The notes beneath the pieces are model-generated. The model ran no database searches. It was not told where the DNA came from and saw nothing but the letters and a program-made list of their open reading frames with translations. This document shows, one piece after another, positions 9,295 to 18,714 of a stretch of 52,238 nt of DNA. Source of the stretch: Clostridia bacterium (GTDB taxonomy: Bacteria > Bacillota > Clostridia > UBA1381); the NCBI GenBank assembly GCA_036310525.1, contig JAXJRQ010000166.1, positions 1-52,238 on the forward strand. Direction: 5' to 3'. The translations under genes and the position numbers were made by a program. Position 1 is the first letter of the stretch; every line of letters begins with the position of its first letter.

Positions 9295-9885
9295 TTAATG
9301 TATTATTTTAGGAGATAATATTTTCATAAATATTGTGGTTAAATATCCTTCTGCAAGTGCCGAAACACAAAATATTGAAATTATTGCGAGCGCAAAAAAA
9401 ATATAATAAATTAAAAAATTTTTTTCTTTTTTTGTGCGGTGTACTGCCATATCTGCGCTTACTGCAGACAAAAAAAGGAATGCGGGAATTATAAGCACGA
9501 TTCCCGGGAGCATTGATATAGTCATCAAAAGCCCCTTCATTCCGTAAAATTGTATAAACGCCGCAGACGTAAAGCCGATAATAAAACCCTTTCGCACCAG
9601 TGCGGCGGCAATAAAAACAAGTCCGATGCGAAAAAATCCCGCAATAAAAACAATTGCAAAATAAATAATGTTTTCACGTAATGCGGTTTTGAATACCTCG
9701 TGGGGATTTATACCTTCCCGTGAGGCTTTGAGAAACTCTGTCAGATAATTTTGCAATGATGCGGATGCGTCAGCGCCGGTATGTACAAGGCTTACACTTC
9801 CTATGATAATCCCTGCGCTCAGCACAATGAGCGCCAGAATAACAATAACCGTACTGTCCTTTATATGCCTATCCATAAAGCTCAT
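9295..9885 (-). CDS. spoIIM: Stage II sporulation protein M
   Basis: About 196-aa polytopic membrane protein with SpoIIM-like size, helix layout and sequence (IIYFAIVFIAGFF...GFIIGF...LPGIVLIIPAF). Start set at MSFMD (GGGGGT RBS) rather than 9915. Confidence 0.7.
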   Translation of the reverse strand: MSFMDRHIKDSTVIVILALIVLSAGIIIGSVSLVHTGADASASLQNYLTEFLKASREGINPHEVFKTALRENIIYFAIVFIAGFFRIGLVFIAAALVRKGFIIGFTSAAFIQFYGMKGLLMTISMLPGIVLIIPAFLFLSAVSADMAVHRTKKEKNFLIYYIFFALAIISIFCVSALAEGYLTTIFMKILSPKIIH

Positions 9886-10015
9886 GCCCCTACCCCCTTG
9901 CTTATTCTTATGCATACGCTGACAGATTTATACCGGATTTTGTTTATCTGCATTTTTATCAAGCACTTCCATTAAAGCTTATACAAAAAGAGCTGTCAAA
10001 TGACAGCTCTTAAAA

Positions 10016-11266
10016 TCAATCTTCAACTGTGATTTCCGAAGCATTTCCATGCTTGATGGGTTCCCACTTAACCTGTTTAAATAGTGCAACTATTGAAATA
10101 GGAATGTATGACAGTAAATAAATCGGGAAAGTAAACATATACAAAATCTTCTTCTTTGTTGAGCAATGTATCTGTTTTCTTTCTGTTACTGTTGTTATAA
10201 GACCAAGTGCAAAAACCATCCAGTAAACATTCACACACCAGTGAACAGCAAGCATCATAAGACCGCTTACATCCTCACCGCTACATACAGCCAAAGTAAC
10301 AGCAATTACATTCATAAGACACGTAGCGATTGACAGGAATATTGACGGAAGTATTGTCATTGTCATGTCAAAGCATGAAAAACGTCCCGTCTTAAACAGC
10401 TGACGAACCAAATCAAGACCGTGGTGTCTGAACACCTGCAAAAATCCCTTTGCCCATCTTAAACGCTGAGTCCAAGCCTGAGAAAATGTAACCGGCTGTT
10501 CATCGTAAAGAACTGCATCGTTACAGTAGCCGATTGTTTCACCTTCAATAACGTTCTTGATTGAGAACTGAATGTCTTCTGTAAGCAAGAAGCACTTCCA
10601 GCCATCGTTTTTCTTGATAATATCCTTATGTACAAGGAATCCTGTACCGGATATAGCACAGCTTGTGTGCATAAGCATTCTTGAATAGTTGAGATATTTC
10701 GATTCTCTTAAGAACCAAAGTGCATAACCTGCACTTATCCAGTTTGTACCGTAATTTTTTGAATTGCGGTAGCTTGTAATAATTCGGTGACCGTCGGTAA
10801 ATGTTCTGTTCATTGCCGAGATAAAGTTTGCGTCTAAGATGTTGTCAGCATCAAATACCATAAAGCCGTCGTAATGGTCTTTACCGTATTTTTTGAAAAT
10901 TTCACCTATAAGGTAATCAAGAGCGTAACCCTTACCTACCTTTTCAGTGTTAAAGCGTTCGTAAACTATTGCGCCTGCATTTCTTGCTACTTCGGCAGTA
11001 TTGTCGGTACAGTTGTCTGCAACGACAAAAACATCAAACATATCACCGGGATAGTTCTGCTTTTTAAGCGAAGCTATAAGCTGAGCGATAACATTGGATT
11101 CATTTCTTGCGGAAATCATAACCGCAAATCTGTGAATTACCTCTTTTTTGTGCGGTTCTTCTTTTTTGAAGAACGGAACCAGCACGAAAAACAGCTGATA
11201 AATATAAAGTAAAAAGAATGCCGCTGCGATAATAAAGTTTACATCCTGAATTGTCTGTGTAATCAT
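10016..11266 (-). CDS. Membrane-embedded family-2 glycosyltransferase (IcaA/PgaC/cellulose-synthase-like processive synthase)
   Basis: N-terminal TM, GT-A core (VMISARNE, VVADNCTD, FDADN, TED) and a QRLRW motif, followed by about 4 C-terminal TM helices. 416 aa. Confidence 0.85.
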   Translation of the reverse strand: MITQTIQDVNFIIAAAFFLLYIYQLFFVLVPFFKKEEPHKKEVIHRFAVMISARNESNVIAQLIASLKKQNYPGDMFDVFVVADNCTDNTAEVARNAGAIVYERFNTEKVGKGYALDYLIGEIFKKYGKDHYDGFMVFDADNILDANFISAMNRTFTDGHRIITSYRNSKNYGTNWISAGYALWFLRESKYLNYSRMLMHTSCAISGTGFLVHKDIIKKNDGWKCFLLTEDIQFSIKNVIEGETIGYCNDAVLYDEQPVTFSQAWTQRLRWAKGFLQVFRHHGLDLVRQLFKTGRFSCFDMTMTILPSIFLSIATCLMNVIAVTLAVCSGEDVSGLMMLAVHWCVNVYWMVFALGLITTVTERKQIHCSTKKKILYMFTFPIYLLSYIPISIVALFKQVKWEPIKHGNASEITVED

Positions 11267-11360
11267 TTTTAAACTCTCTTTCTATCTACACCAGATAAAC
11301 TCTCTCCAAATCCTCTTTCTTCTCTATATCAAAACCCTTTTGGGGCTTAAACCGCTAATA

Positions 11361-11389
11361 ATAATATCATAAATGAAGTCATTCGTCAA
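11361..11389 (-). promoter_or_regulatory. Candidate sigma-A promoter for the GT2 synthase gene
   Basis: On the minus strand, TTGACG-17 nt-TATTAT lies about 95 nt upstream of the ATG at 11266. Confidence 0.35.
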
Positions 11390-11452
11390 TATAAATTTTT
11401 AACTATTGCGCACAATAAAACAAATTATTTTTTGTGTATTTATACCTAAAAA

Positions 11453-12112
11453 TCAAAGCCATTCTTTAATAGTAGGCCAGATTTTTTCTGCAATCATTTC
11501 CATACCGTAATCATTGGGGTGGTTAAAATGACCATGTGTCTTTTCATCGGTGCGTATGTCGCCCAGTTCAATAAACACATCACCGCACTCATTTGAAACA
11601 GCAAGCTTTTCCTGATTAAGACGTTCACGCAGATAAAATCCCTGAACATGTGCCACCTTTGCCTTACCGCTTTTATTGAGCTTATCTCTCAAAACCTTGT
11701 ATCTCTCACCAAAGGTTATGTCAGGATTCTCTGTCACATCATAGTCTTTTCTTGCATTTGCACCGAAGAATAAAACAATAATGTCTGCATCAAAATCAAT
11801 CGCACTCTTATAATATTTATCAATATCAAAGGTTTCAAATTCACGTTCAAAATGCGATGCCTGCAAAAGCGCAAACGAAGCATCGGGACGCACCTCACGG
11901 ATTTTTTTATGTAAAAGATGCACGTAATCCTTTTCACGGCAGGATGCCTCCATACCACATTCGTTGTACCAGCCGATAGACGGCTTTGGTTCATGCTTGG
12001 TGATTGAATTGCCCACAAACATGATTTTTATTCCCGTATTCAATTCTTCCTCGTACATTACCTGAATCTGATTTTCCGAGGGTACATTATTCTCCTGTAA
12101 ATCTCTTGCCAT
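11453..12112 (-). CDS. SGNH/GDSL-family hydrolase (esterase/deacetylase-like)
   Basis: Block I IMFVGNSITKH and a C-terminal GHFNHPND (DxxH-like) block. Start moved to MARDL (GGGAGG RBS) rather than 12145. Confidence 0.75.
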   Translation of the reverse strand: MARDLQENNVPSENQIQVMYEEELNTGIKIMFVGNSITKHEPKPSIGWYNECGMEASCREKDYVHLLHKKIREVRPDASFALLQASHFEREFETFDIDKYYKSAIDFDADIIVLFFGANARKDYDVTENPDITFGERYKVLRDKLNKSGKAKVAHVQGFYLRERLNQEKLAVSNECGDVFIELGDIRTDEKTHGHFNHPNDYGMEMIAEKIWPTIKEWL

Positions 12113-12240
12113 ATTAACCTCCCTGCACCTACATAAAGCGTACATTTTTTATCACTTTATTCGCTTATTACCAAGCTATCGCTATATTATCACAAAAGGC
12201 ATAGCATGTCAATAATTTTACTGTAAAAATAAGGCATAAA

Positions 12241-13230
12241 TTATTCTGAAATTTCCTTTTCCGTAAATCCGTTTTTTACATTGACTGAGCCTGACAGCGG
12301 TGCAGTATAATGCACAGTTTTATCTTCCGTTATGATAATTGCGTCCACATCCGTATTATTCAGCAAAAATTCAATCGCTTTTTCACTTCCCATAACAAAA
12401 AGTGCGGTTGAATATGCATCTGCAACTGTTGCAGACGGACTTATAACCGTTACGGATTTTATATCATTTTCCGCAGGATAGCCTGTTTCGGGGTCGATTA
12501 TATGATGATAAATTTTACCCTCATGCTCAAAATTACGTCTGTACGCACCCGATGTCACAACCGCCTTGTCCTCAACATCAACAGTCAATGCTTCATCAGA
12601 GCTGTCAAACGGATTTGCAATTCCTACACGCCAGCGTTTTTTGTCATAACGTCTGCCGTGTGCATAAACGTTACCTCCAAGATTTATAATTGCAGATTTT
12701 ATATTATAATCATTAAGTATTTTTACAATTCTGTCAGCGGCATAGCCTTTACCCGCACCGCCCAAATCTATGCGTGCATTATTTAAGACCTCTGCATTGT
12801 TGCCTGATATGAAAACGTTTCGGTAATTTACACTTTTAAGTGCATTTTCAAGCTCGGACTTTTGCGGTACACGGTATTTGCCGTCATAAAAACCCCATAA
12901 ATCCATTACGGGTGCTACCGTCATATCAAATGCGCCCTCTGTTTTTACACTTATATCAAGAAGCCTTTCAAGAAGAGCCGCACAATCCCCTGAAACCTCC
13001 GCCTGACCATTATTCAACCGATATACGTCACTGTTCTCATCGCCTCTGTCAAGCATTTTTTCTACACTATAAATTTCCTCTTTGATTTTTTCAAGTGTTT
13101 TGCCGTCCTTATCAGAGTAAAGCTTTACGTCCATAACTGTGTCCATGCTGAATAACTGCATTGAAGTAGCTTTATCCGAACAACCGCAAAGCAGTAATAT
13201 GAAAAATAAAAGAACAATTATTTTTTTCAT
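12241..13230 (-). CDS. apbE: FAD:protein FMN transferase (ApbE family) lipoprotein
   Basis: Lipoprotein signal MKKIIVLLFFILLLCGCSD. ApbE core motifs are present (FSMDTV, DLGGAGKGYAAD, INLGGN, VVTSG, HHIIDPETG). The start ATG overlaps the upstream stop as ATGA, and the 48-aa N-terminal ORF extension is rejected. Confidence 0.85.
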   Translation of the reverse strand: MKKIIVLLFFILLLCGCSDKATSMQLFSMDTVMDVKLYSDKDGKTLEKIKEEIYSVEKMLDRGDENSDVYRLNNGQAEVSGDCAALLERLLDISVKTEGAFDMTVAPVMDLWGFYDGKYRVPQKSELENALKSVNYRNVFISGNNAEVLNNARIDLGGAGKGYAADRIVKILNDYNIKSAIINLGGNVYAHGRRYDKKRWRVGIANPFDSSDEALTVDVEDKAVVTSGAYRRNFEHEGKIYHHIIDPETGYPAENDIKSVTVISPSATVADAYSTALFVMGSEKAIEFLLNNTDVDAIIITEDKTVHYTAPLSGSVNVKNGFTEKEISE

Positions 13231-13739
13231 TGAAATTTCCTCAAAATTTTTACTATATGCTTGTTTTTTAATACATAATACGCACACAGACCCGTAAATA
13301 TACCCGTAACAATTCCCGACAAAACAAGCGGCGGAAAGTACACAAAAACCGCTGTACTTCCCGTAGCGAGCCATGCGACCGCAAGCTGTCCCGCATTATG
13401 AAAAACCGCACCTGCAACGCTCACCGCCCACAAAAGCTTTTGCGTAACATACGCCGACAGCACACTCATAACTAAAAAACAACACACACCGCCTGCGGCA
13501 CTGTACATAAGAGCACTTATATTCCCCGCAACAACCGAACCTGTGAGGATGCGCAAAAACAGCACAGACATGGCTGTTTTTCTGTCGACTGCATATATCG
13601 CAAACAGCGTCACAACATTTGCAAGACCGAGCTTTATGCCCGGAATATGTGTAAATGACGGTATCTGCATTTCTACAATAAATATGATTAAGGCAATGCC
13701 CGTAAGCATTGCCGTCAGTGTTATTTTCTGTATTTTCAT
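13227..13739 (-). CDS. Gx transporter family membrane protein (heptaprenyl diphosphate synthase component I-like family)
   Basis: 170 aa with about 5 TM helices, family-typical N-terminus (LTAMLTGIALIIFIVEMQIP...GIKLGLANVVTL). Starts 1 nt after the murG stop. Confidence 0.7.
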   Translation of the reverse strand: MKIQKITLTAMLTGIALIIFIVEMQIPSFTHIPGIKLGLANVVTLFAIYAVDRKTAMSVLFLRILTGSVVAGNISALMYSAAGGVCCFLVMSVLSAYVTQKLLWAVSVAGAVFHNAGQLAVAWLATGSTAVFVYFPPLVLSGIVTGIFTGLCAYYVLKNKHIVKILRKFQ

Positions 13740-13740
13740 A

Positions 13741-14841
13741 TTATTTATCCGCCATTTTAAGCATCAGCTCATAAATCTTTTCGAGTGCGTCTGTTTTAGC
13801 AAGCTTTTTCAGATTGTCCGACATTTTCTGCATTTCTTCGGGATTGTCTGCAAGAGACATAATTTTGTCATACAGCATATCCGCTGAAAGCTCACTTTCA
13901 ACAATCACTGCCGCCGCACCGTTACGTTCAAATTCACGTGCATTCTGCTCCTGATGATTACGCACCACATTCGGCGACGGAATTAAAATCGAAGGCTTTG
14001 CCATTGCGGCGATTTCACTTACGGTAATTGCACCGGAGCGTGAAACAACCACATCTGCCGCTGCCATCATTTCCGCCATATTATTTATATAGGAAACAAC
14101 GCTCACATCATCATTAAGAACGATACCTTTTTCTTTAATCTGCGACATTACTTCTTCGTAATTTCTGTCACCTGTTCCGAAAACAAGCTTTATTTTTCTG
14201 TCTGCAACAATCCTGTCAAGCATGCCTATCACAGTTTCGTTTATCTTCGCCGCACCGAGACTGCCACCAAATATCAGTACAAACGGTTTGTCAATTCCCA
14301 GTTTTTTTCTGCACTCCTCTTTGTTTGCCGTAAGGATTTCTTCACGTATCGGGTTTCCCGTCACTACGCATTTTGACTTGTCGTTCATTTCATTTACGGT
14401 TTCTTCAAAGCTCAGCGCAAGATAATCAACATATTTTTGCGAGCCTTTTACCGTAAGACCTGGATAAACGTTTTGTTCATGAATAAGAGATGGCACATTC
14501 ATTTTGTGTGCCGCCATTGTAACGGGTCCGCTCACATAACCGCCCGTACACACAATACAGTCAGGCTTAAAGTCCCTGATGATTTTTTTGCACTTGTTTA
14601 CCGATTCAAAAAGCTTATACAAAGTTTTCACATTACTCAGCAGCTTTGAACGGTTAAAGCCCTGAACATCTATATATTGAATATCGTATCCTGCGTTGGG
14701 AACAAGTTTTGTTTCAAGTCCCTTTTTTGTTCCGATAAAAAGCGCCTCAAAATCCTTATCCCTTGCTTTCACGTAATCGGCTACAGAAAGTGCGGGATTG
14801 ATATGTCCGCCTGTGCCGCCGCCTGCAAATATTACACGCAT
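13741..14841 (-). CDS. murG: UDP-GlcNAc:lipid I GlcNAc transferase MurG
   Basis: MRVIFAGGGTGGHINPALSVA G-loop and C-terminal nucleotide-sugar binding region (GGSLGA, ITVSE). Confidence 0.95.
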   Translation of the reverse strand: MRVIFAGGGTGGHINPALSVADYVKARDKDFEALFIGTKKGLETKLVPNAGYDIQYIDVQGFNRSKLLSNVKTLYKLFESVNKCKKIIRDFKPDCIVCTGGYVSGPVTMAAHKMNVPSLIHEQNVYPGLTVKGSQKYVDYLALSFEETVNEMNDKSKCVVTGNPIREEILTANKEECRKKLGIDKPFVLIFGGSLGAAKINETVIGMLDRIVADRKIKLVFGTGDRNYEEVMSQIKEKGIVLNDDVSVVSYINNMAEMMAAADVVVSRSGAITVSEIAAMAKPSILIPSPNVVRNHQEQNAREFERNGAAAVIVESELSADMLYDKIMSLADNPEEMQKMSDNLKKLAKTDALEKIYELMLKMADK

Positions 14842-14881
14842 AATTTATTTCCTTTCCGTGCCTTGGGCACAAAACAAATAA

Positions 14882-16153
14882 TCACAGCTTAACATTATGC
14901 TTTGAATATCTTGAAATATTCAACAAAACACCCATTTCAAGAAGCAGAGTCATAATCGCCGTACCGCCGTAGCTGAAAAACGGCAGTGAAACACCGGTAT
15001 TGGGCATTGAAGATGTTGCCACGGCAATATTCATTGTGGTCTGAATTGCAATCTGCGCCACAATTCCTATACCGACAAGCATTGAATATGTATCAGGTGC
15101 ATTAAGCGCAATACGCATTGCACGCACTATAAGCACTATAAACAGACAGATAACCGCCGCCGCACCTATAAGACCGAGTTCCTCGCAGATAACTGCAAAA
15201 ATAAAGTCATTATACGGCTCGGGAAGATATGAATACTTCTGCACACTCTGTCCGAGTCCGAGCCCGAAAATACGTCCTGAGCCTATTGCATACAAACCCT
15301 GAGTAATCTGATAGCTCGTATTCTGAACATCACCGAAGGGATTTAAAAAGCTCATAATTCTGTTCCAGCGCACAGGACTTAACTGATACACACCAAAAAC
15401 CAGTATCACACCAAGCACAAAACCGCCTATAACAAGTGGCTTAACCGGAGTACCGCCCGAAACCATAAGAACAATACCGATACCGGCAATAATAATTGCA
15501 CCGCTCAGATGCGGTTCAAGAAGCATAAGCACCATTACAAGGAAAATCCAACCGACATACGGCAGGTTACCTGCAATCGTTTTCAAATCACGTTTTCCCT
15601 GCTCTATCTGATAAGCAAAAAACATTGCTATGGCAGGCTTCATAAATTCAGACGGCTGAATCTGAATACCCGGAATGGGCAGCCATCTTCTCGAACCGTT
15701 GATACTTTTTCCGATAAACGGAATAGCAACAAGCACGAGCATGAACACACACGCAAGCATAAACAGCGGAACATATTTCTTGTATCGGTTATAATTAATT
15801 CTCGACACGAACCACATACCTAAAAGACCTACAACAACAAATACAAGCTGTTTTTTAAAGAATCCGTATGAATCGCCGTTATAAATATTGCTTGCCGCAG
15901 GCGCTGAAGCCGACAGAAGCATTACAAGTCCGAATGAAACCATAAGTACTACAATTGACAAAAACGTGTAGTCAATTTCACCCGTAAGTGTCTTAGAATT
16001 TTCACGGTATTTTTTATTGAATTTTGCTATATGTCTACCTGCAGTGACCGAAGCACTGCTACCGGCATATCTTGTTTCTGAGCTGTGTTTTTCCGATGAC
16101 CTTGTGGCTTTTTTTCTGCCGTCAGGTCTTTTATTTCTGTTCTGATTAGCCAT
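14882..16153 (-). CDS. ftsW: SEDS-family peptidoglycan glycosyltransferase FtsW/SpoVE
   Basis: 10-TM SEDS protein (QPSEFMKP, PEPYNDFIF, LPFFSYGGT). Has a basic, Ser/Thr-rich N-terminal cytoplasmic extension of about 60 aa. Sits in the dcw cluster. Confidence 0.9.
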   Translation of the reverse strand: MANQNRNKRPDGRKKATRSSEKHSSETRYAGSSASVTAGRHIAKFNKKYRENSKTLTGEIDYTFLSIVVLMVSFGLVMLLSASAPAASNIYNGDSYGFFKKQLVFVVVGLLGMWFVSRINYNRYKKYVPLFMLACVFMLVLVAIPFIGKSINGSRRWLPIPGIQIQPSEFMKPAIAMFFAYQIEQGKRDLKTIAGNLPYVGWIFLVMVLMLLEPHLSGAIIIAGIGIVLMVSGGTPVKPLVIGGFVLGVILVFGVYQLSPVRWNRIMSFLNPFGDVQNTSYQITQGLYAIGSGRIFGLGLGQSVQKYSYLPEPYNDFIFAVICEELGLIGAAAVICLFIVLIVRAMRIALNAPDTYSMLVGIGIVAQIAIQTTMNIAVATSSMPNTGVSLPFFSYGGTAIMTLLLEMGVLLNISRYSKHNVKL

Positions 16154-16189
16154 CAGCCGCTCCTTTCACCTATATAATTTAAAGAATCT

Positions 16190-17239
16190 TTACACCGGTA
16201 TTCCCAAAAATGCCACCGCACATAATATTGCAGTAACAACACTAAATACCGTCACAATCTTTTTTTCCGACCATCCGCACATTTCAAAGTGATGATGGAT
16301 GGGAGTCATTTTGAATATACGTCTGCCTTCACCGTACTTCTTTTTGGTATACTTAAAGTATGAGGTCTGTAATATAACAGACAGTGTTTCCGCAAAATAT
16401 ACGAAGCCTACGGGAATAAGGAAAATTTCCATTTTAAGCTCAATTCCCATAAGCGCAACAGCCGCACCAAGGAAAAGCGAACCTGTATCACCCATAAACA
16501 CCTTTGCGGGGTATTTATTGTAAATCAAAAATCCAAGAAGTCCACCGCAAACGGATGCTGCAAAATATGATACTCCCAAGCCCGCATCGCCTGCTATTGC
16601 AAGTGATGCAAATGCAAAAAATGCGCCTACAATCACAGTTACGCTTGCAGCAAGTCCGTCAAGACCATCGGTAAGGTTAACTGCATTAACCACGCCAACC
16701 ATTACAAACATAATAAACGGAATGTATATCCAGATAGGCAGAGTAATAGGATTATCAACAAATGAAATATAAATTTCAGTGTCAAGTCCGCCCGTAAAAT
16801 ATGTCACGATTACATAAACTGCCGTAAGTGCAAGCTGCATAAGAAATTTCTGCGATGCAGTAAGACCGAGATTGCGTTTTTTCACAACCTTAATATAGTC
16901 ATCCACAAAGCCAATCGCACCAAAGCCTAGAGCAATCACAAAAATCAGCAATGCTCTTAGTGCCGGTGTCAGAATTGACACATTATCATTGCTCTTTACG
17001 AGAATTATAAGAAAGCTTGCAATAACTGCAATTCCGATACCGATTATGAACATTATTCCGCCCATTGTCGGAGTACCTGATTTTTTCTGATGCCACTTCG
17101 GACCTTCCTCACGGATTTCCTGACCGAATTTCAGCTTATGAAGCCACGGTATAAAAACAGGACCAAGTGCAGCAGTTGCCGCAAATGCAACGATTATTCC
17201 CAATAAATCATATGAAAGTAATTGCTTTAATAATTCCAT
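16190..17239 (-). CDS. mraY: Phospho-N-acetylmuramoyl-pentapeptide transferase MraY
   Basis: KSGTPTMGG, NAVNLTDGLDGLA, MGDTGSL and HHHFE motifs. Confidence 0.95.
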   Translation of the reverse strand: MELLKQLLSYDLLGIIVAFAATAALGPVFIPWLHKLKFGQEIREEGPKWHQKKSGTPTMGGIMFIIGIGIAVIASFLIILVKSNDNVSILTPALRALLIFVIALGFGAIGFVDDYIKVVKKRNLGLTASQKFLMQLALTAVYVIVTYFTGGLDTEIYISFVDNPITLPIWIYIPFIMFVMVGVVNAVNLTDGLDGLAASVTVIVGAFFAFASLAIAGDAGLGVSYFAASVCGGLLGFLIYNKYPAKVFMGDTGSLFLGAAVALMGIELKMEIFLIPVGFVYFAETLSVILQTSYFKYTKKKYGEGRRIFKMTPIHHHFEMCGWSEKKIVTVFSVVTAILCAVAFLGIPV

Positions 17240-17240
17240 T

Positions 17241-18605
17241 TTATTTCTCCACTAATGTATTATATATTTCTTCAAAGTGCATTCCCCGAGACGCCTTTAT
17301 AAGTACCGCATCGTTGCACTTCACAAACCCTTTTGCAAATTCTGACGCCTCGGCTGTAGTGCCAAACCAATGCACTTCCTTGCCGCAACTCTTTGCGCTC
17401 TCTGCGGTATGTTTTGAGCTTTCGCCTGCACATATAACCACATCCGCACAATCAGCCGCCGCCTTACCCACACCGCTATGCGCTTCGGGTGCAAAATCAC
17501 CCATTTCGAGCATATCGCCAAGAATTGCCACTCTGCGTTTTGATTCAAGTGACAACAACACCTTCAATGCCGCACGCATAGAATCAGGCGATGCATTGTA
17601 GCAGTCATTTATAAGCGTTATTCCGTTTTTTTCTTCAACGGACATACGCATAGCCGTGAGCTCAAAGCTTTCAATGCCCTTTAAAATTTTATCCATGGGA
17701 ACATCAAAAGCTCTTCCGACGCAAATTGCCGCAAGTGCGTTATACACATTATGTTCACCTGCAACCTTTACTCTGACCTTGTATTCACTACCGTCCAAAA
17801 CGGCAATAAATTCAGTACCGTCTGCGCCTAAATTCACTATATCCTTTGCATAAACATCGTTTTCGGGATTTTTAATGCCGTAATACACAACCCTATATGT
17901 ACCCTTACCTTTTGTTGTTGACAAAAACGCATCGTCGCCGTTGGTTATAAGTGTATTATTTGCATCAAAATATTTCAGAAGCTCTGTTTTTGCCTTGAAA
18001 ATTCCCTCTTGTGAACCGAGATTTTCAATATGCGACATGCCTATGTTGGTAATTACTGCAACATCAGGCATTGCTATACCTGCAAGCTTTTCAATCTCGC
18101 CGAAATGGCTCATTCCCATTTCAAGAACTGCCGCTTCGTGTTCTTTTTCAAGTCTGAATACCGTAAGCGGAAGACCGATTTCGTTATTGAAATTACCCTC
18201 GGTTTTTAATGTGTTATAGCTTTGGCTAAGCACAGCATAAAGCATATCCTTTGTGGTGGTTTTTCCTACACTGCCCGTTACAGCAACCGTAGGAAGATTA
18301 TATTTTTTCTTATAATATTTTGCGACATCTGCAAGTGCCTTAAAGGTATCTTCCACCTTTATAATGCTCTTACCTTCATATGGTGCAATGTCCTTATGCG
18401 TAAGCACCGCCGCCGCACCATTATCAAGCGAAGAGAGGATAAAGTCATGTCCGTCGAAACGTTCACCGACAATAGGTATAAACAGCACACCCTCCAAAGC
18501 CTTTCTTGAATCGGTGGTTATATCAGTTATTTCTGTATTTTTATCGCCGCACACCAGACTTCCGTCCGTTGCTATAAGTATATCATCAATAGTGAGCTTC
18601 TGCAT
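17241..18605 (-). CDS. murF: UDP-MurNAc-tripeptide--D-Ala-D-Ala ligase MurF
   Basis: Mur ligase P-loop VTGSVGKTTTKD, EMGMSHFGEI and C-terminal domain. Stop is 1 nt from the mraY start. Confidence 0.95.
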   Translation of the reverse strand: MQKLTIDDILIATDGSLVCGDKNTEITDITTDSRKALEGVLFIPIVGERFDGHDFILSSLDNGAAAVLTHKDIAPYEGKSIIKVEDTFKALADVAKYYKKKYNLPTVAVTGSVGKTTTKDMLYAVLSQSYNTLKTEGNFNNEIGLPLTVFRLEKEHEAAVLEMGMSHFGEIEKLAGIAMPDVAVITNIGMSHIENLGSQEGIFKAKTELLKYFDANNTLITNGDDAFLSTTKGKGTYRVVYYGIKNPENDVYAKDIVNLGADGTEFIAVLDGSEYKVRVKVAGEHNVYNALAAICVGRAFDVPMDKILKGIESFELTAMRMSVEEKNGITLINDCYNASPDSMRAALKVLLSLESKRRVAILGDMLEMGDFAPEAHSGVGKAAADCADVVICAGESSKHTAESAKSCGKEVHWFGTTAEASEFAKGFVKCNDAVLIKASRGMHFEEIYNTLVEK

Positions 18606-18714
18606 ATGCTATATCGCATCCCCCTTCTGTACACAGTTTATATGTTTTTTTCCTTTTATCTTTAAATATAGGGAGCGGCAGTGAAGAATTTCCCCAAGCC
18701 GTTCCCTTATCAGT

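Noticed and set aside
13231-13374. 48-aa N-terminal extension of the ApbE ORF (MARYGKYSGF...)
   Set aside because: The extension overlaps the 3' end of the upstream Gx gene in another frame. A canonical lipoprotein signal (MKKIIVLLFFILLLCGC) starts at 13230 with ATGA coupling.
17167-18684. Several 65-144-aa plus-strand ORFs inside murF (17167-17601, 17656-17853, 17941-18219, 18222-18509, 18364-18684)
   Set aside because: These are antisense shadow ORFs within a confidently identified Mur ligase gene. They have no RBS and low-complexity Ser/Ala/Pro-rich translations. The same reasoning rejects the antisense ORFs inside cls, the dehydratase, pbp, tex, the kinases and the ABC gene.
18606-18714. 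109-nt murE-murF spacer with an imperfect hairpin (gggagcggc...gccgttccc) as an internal terminator or attenuator
   Set aside because: The stem has a mismatch and, in the transcribed (minus-strand) orientation, is followed by AT-rich sequence rather than a clean U-tract. It is more likely a simple spacer carrying the murF RBS (GAAGGGGGA).
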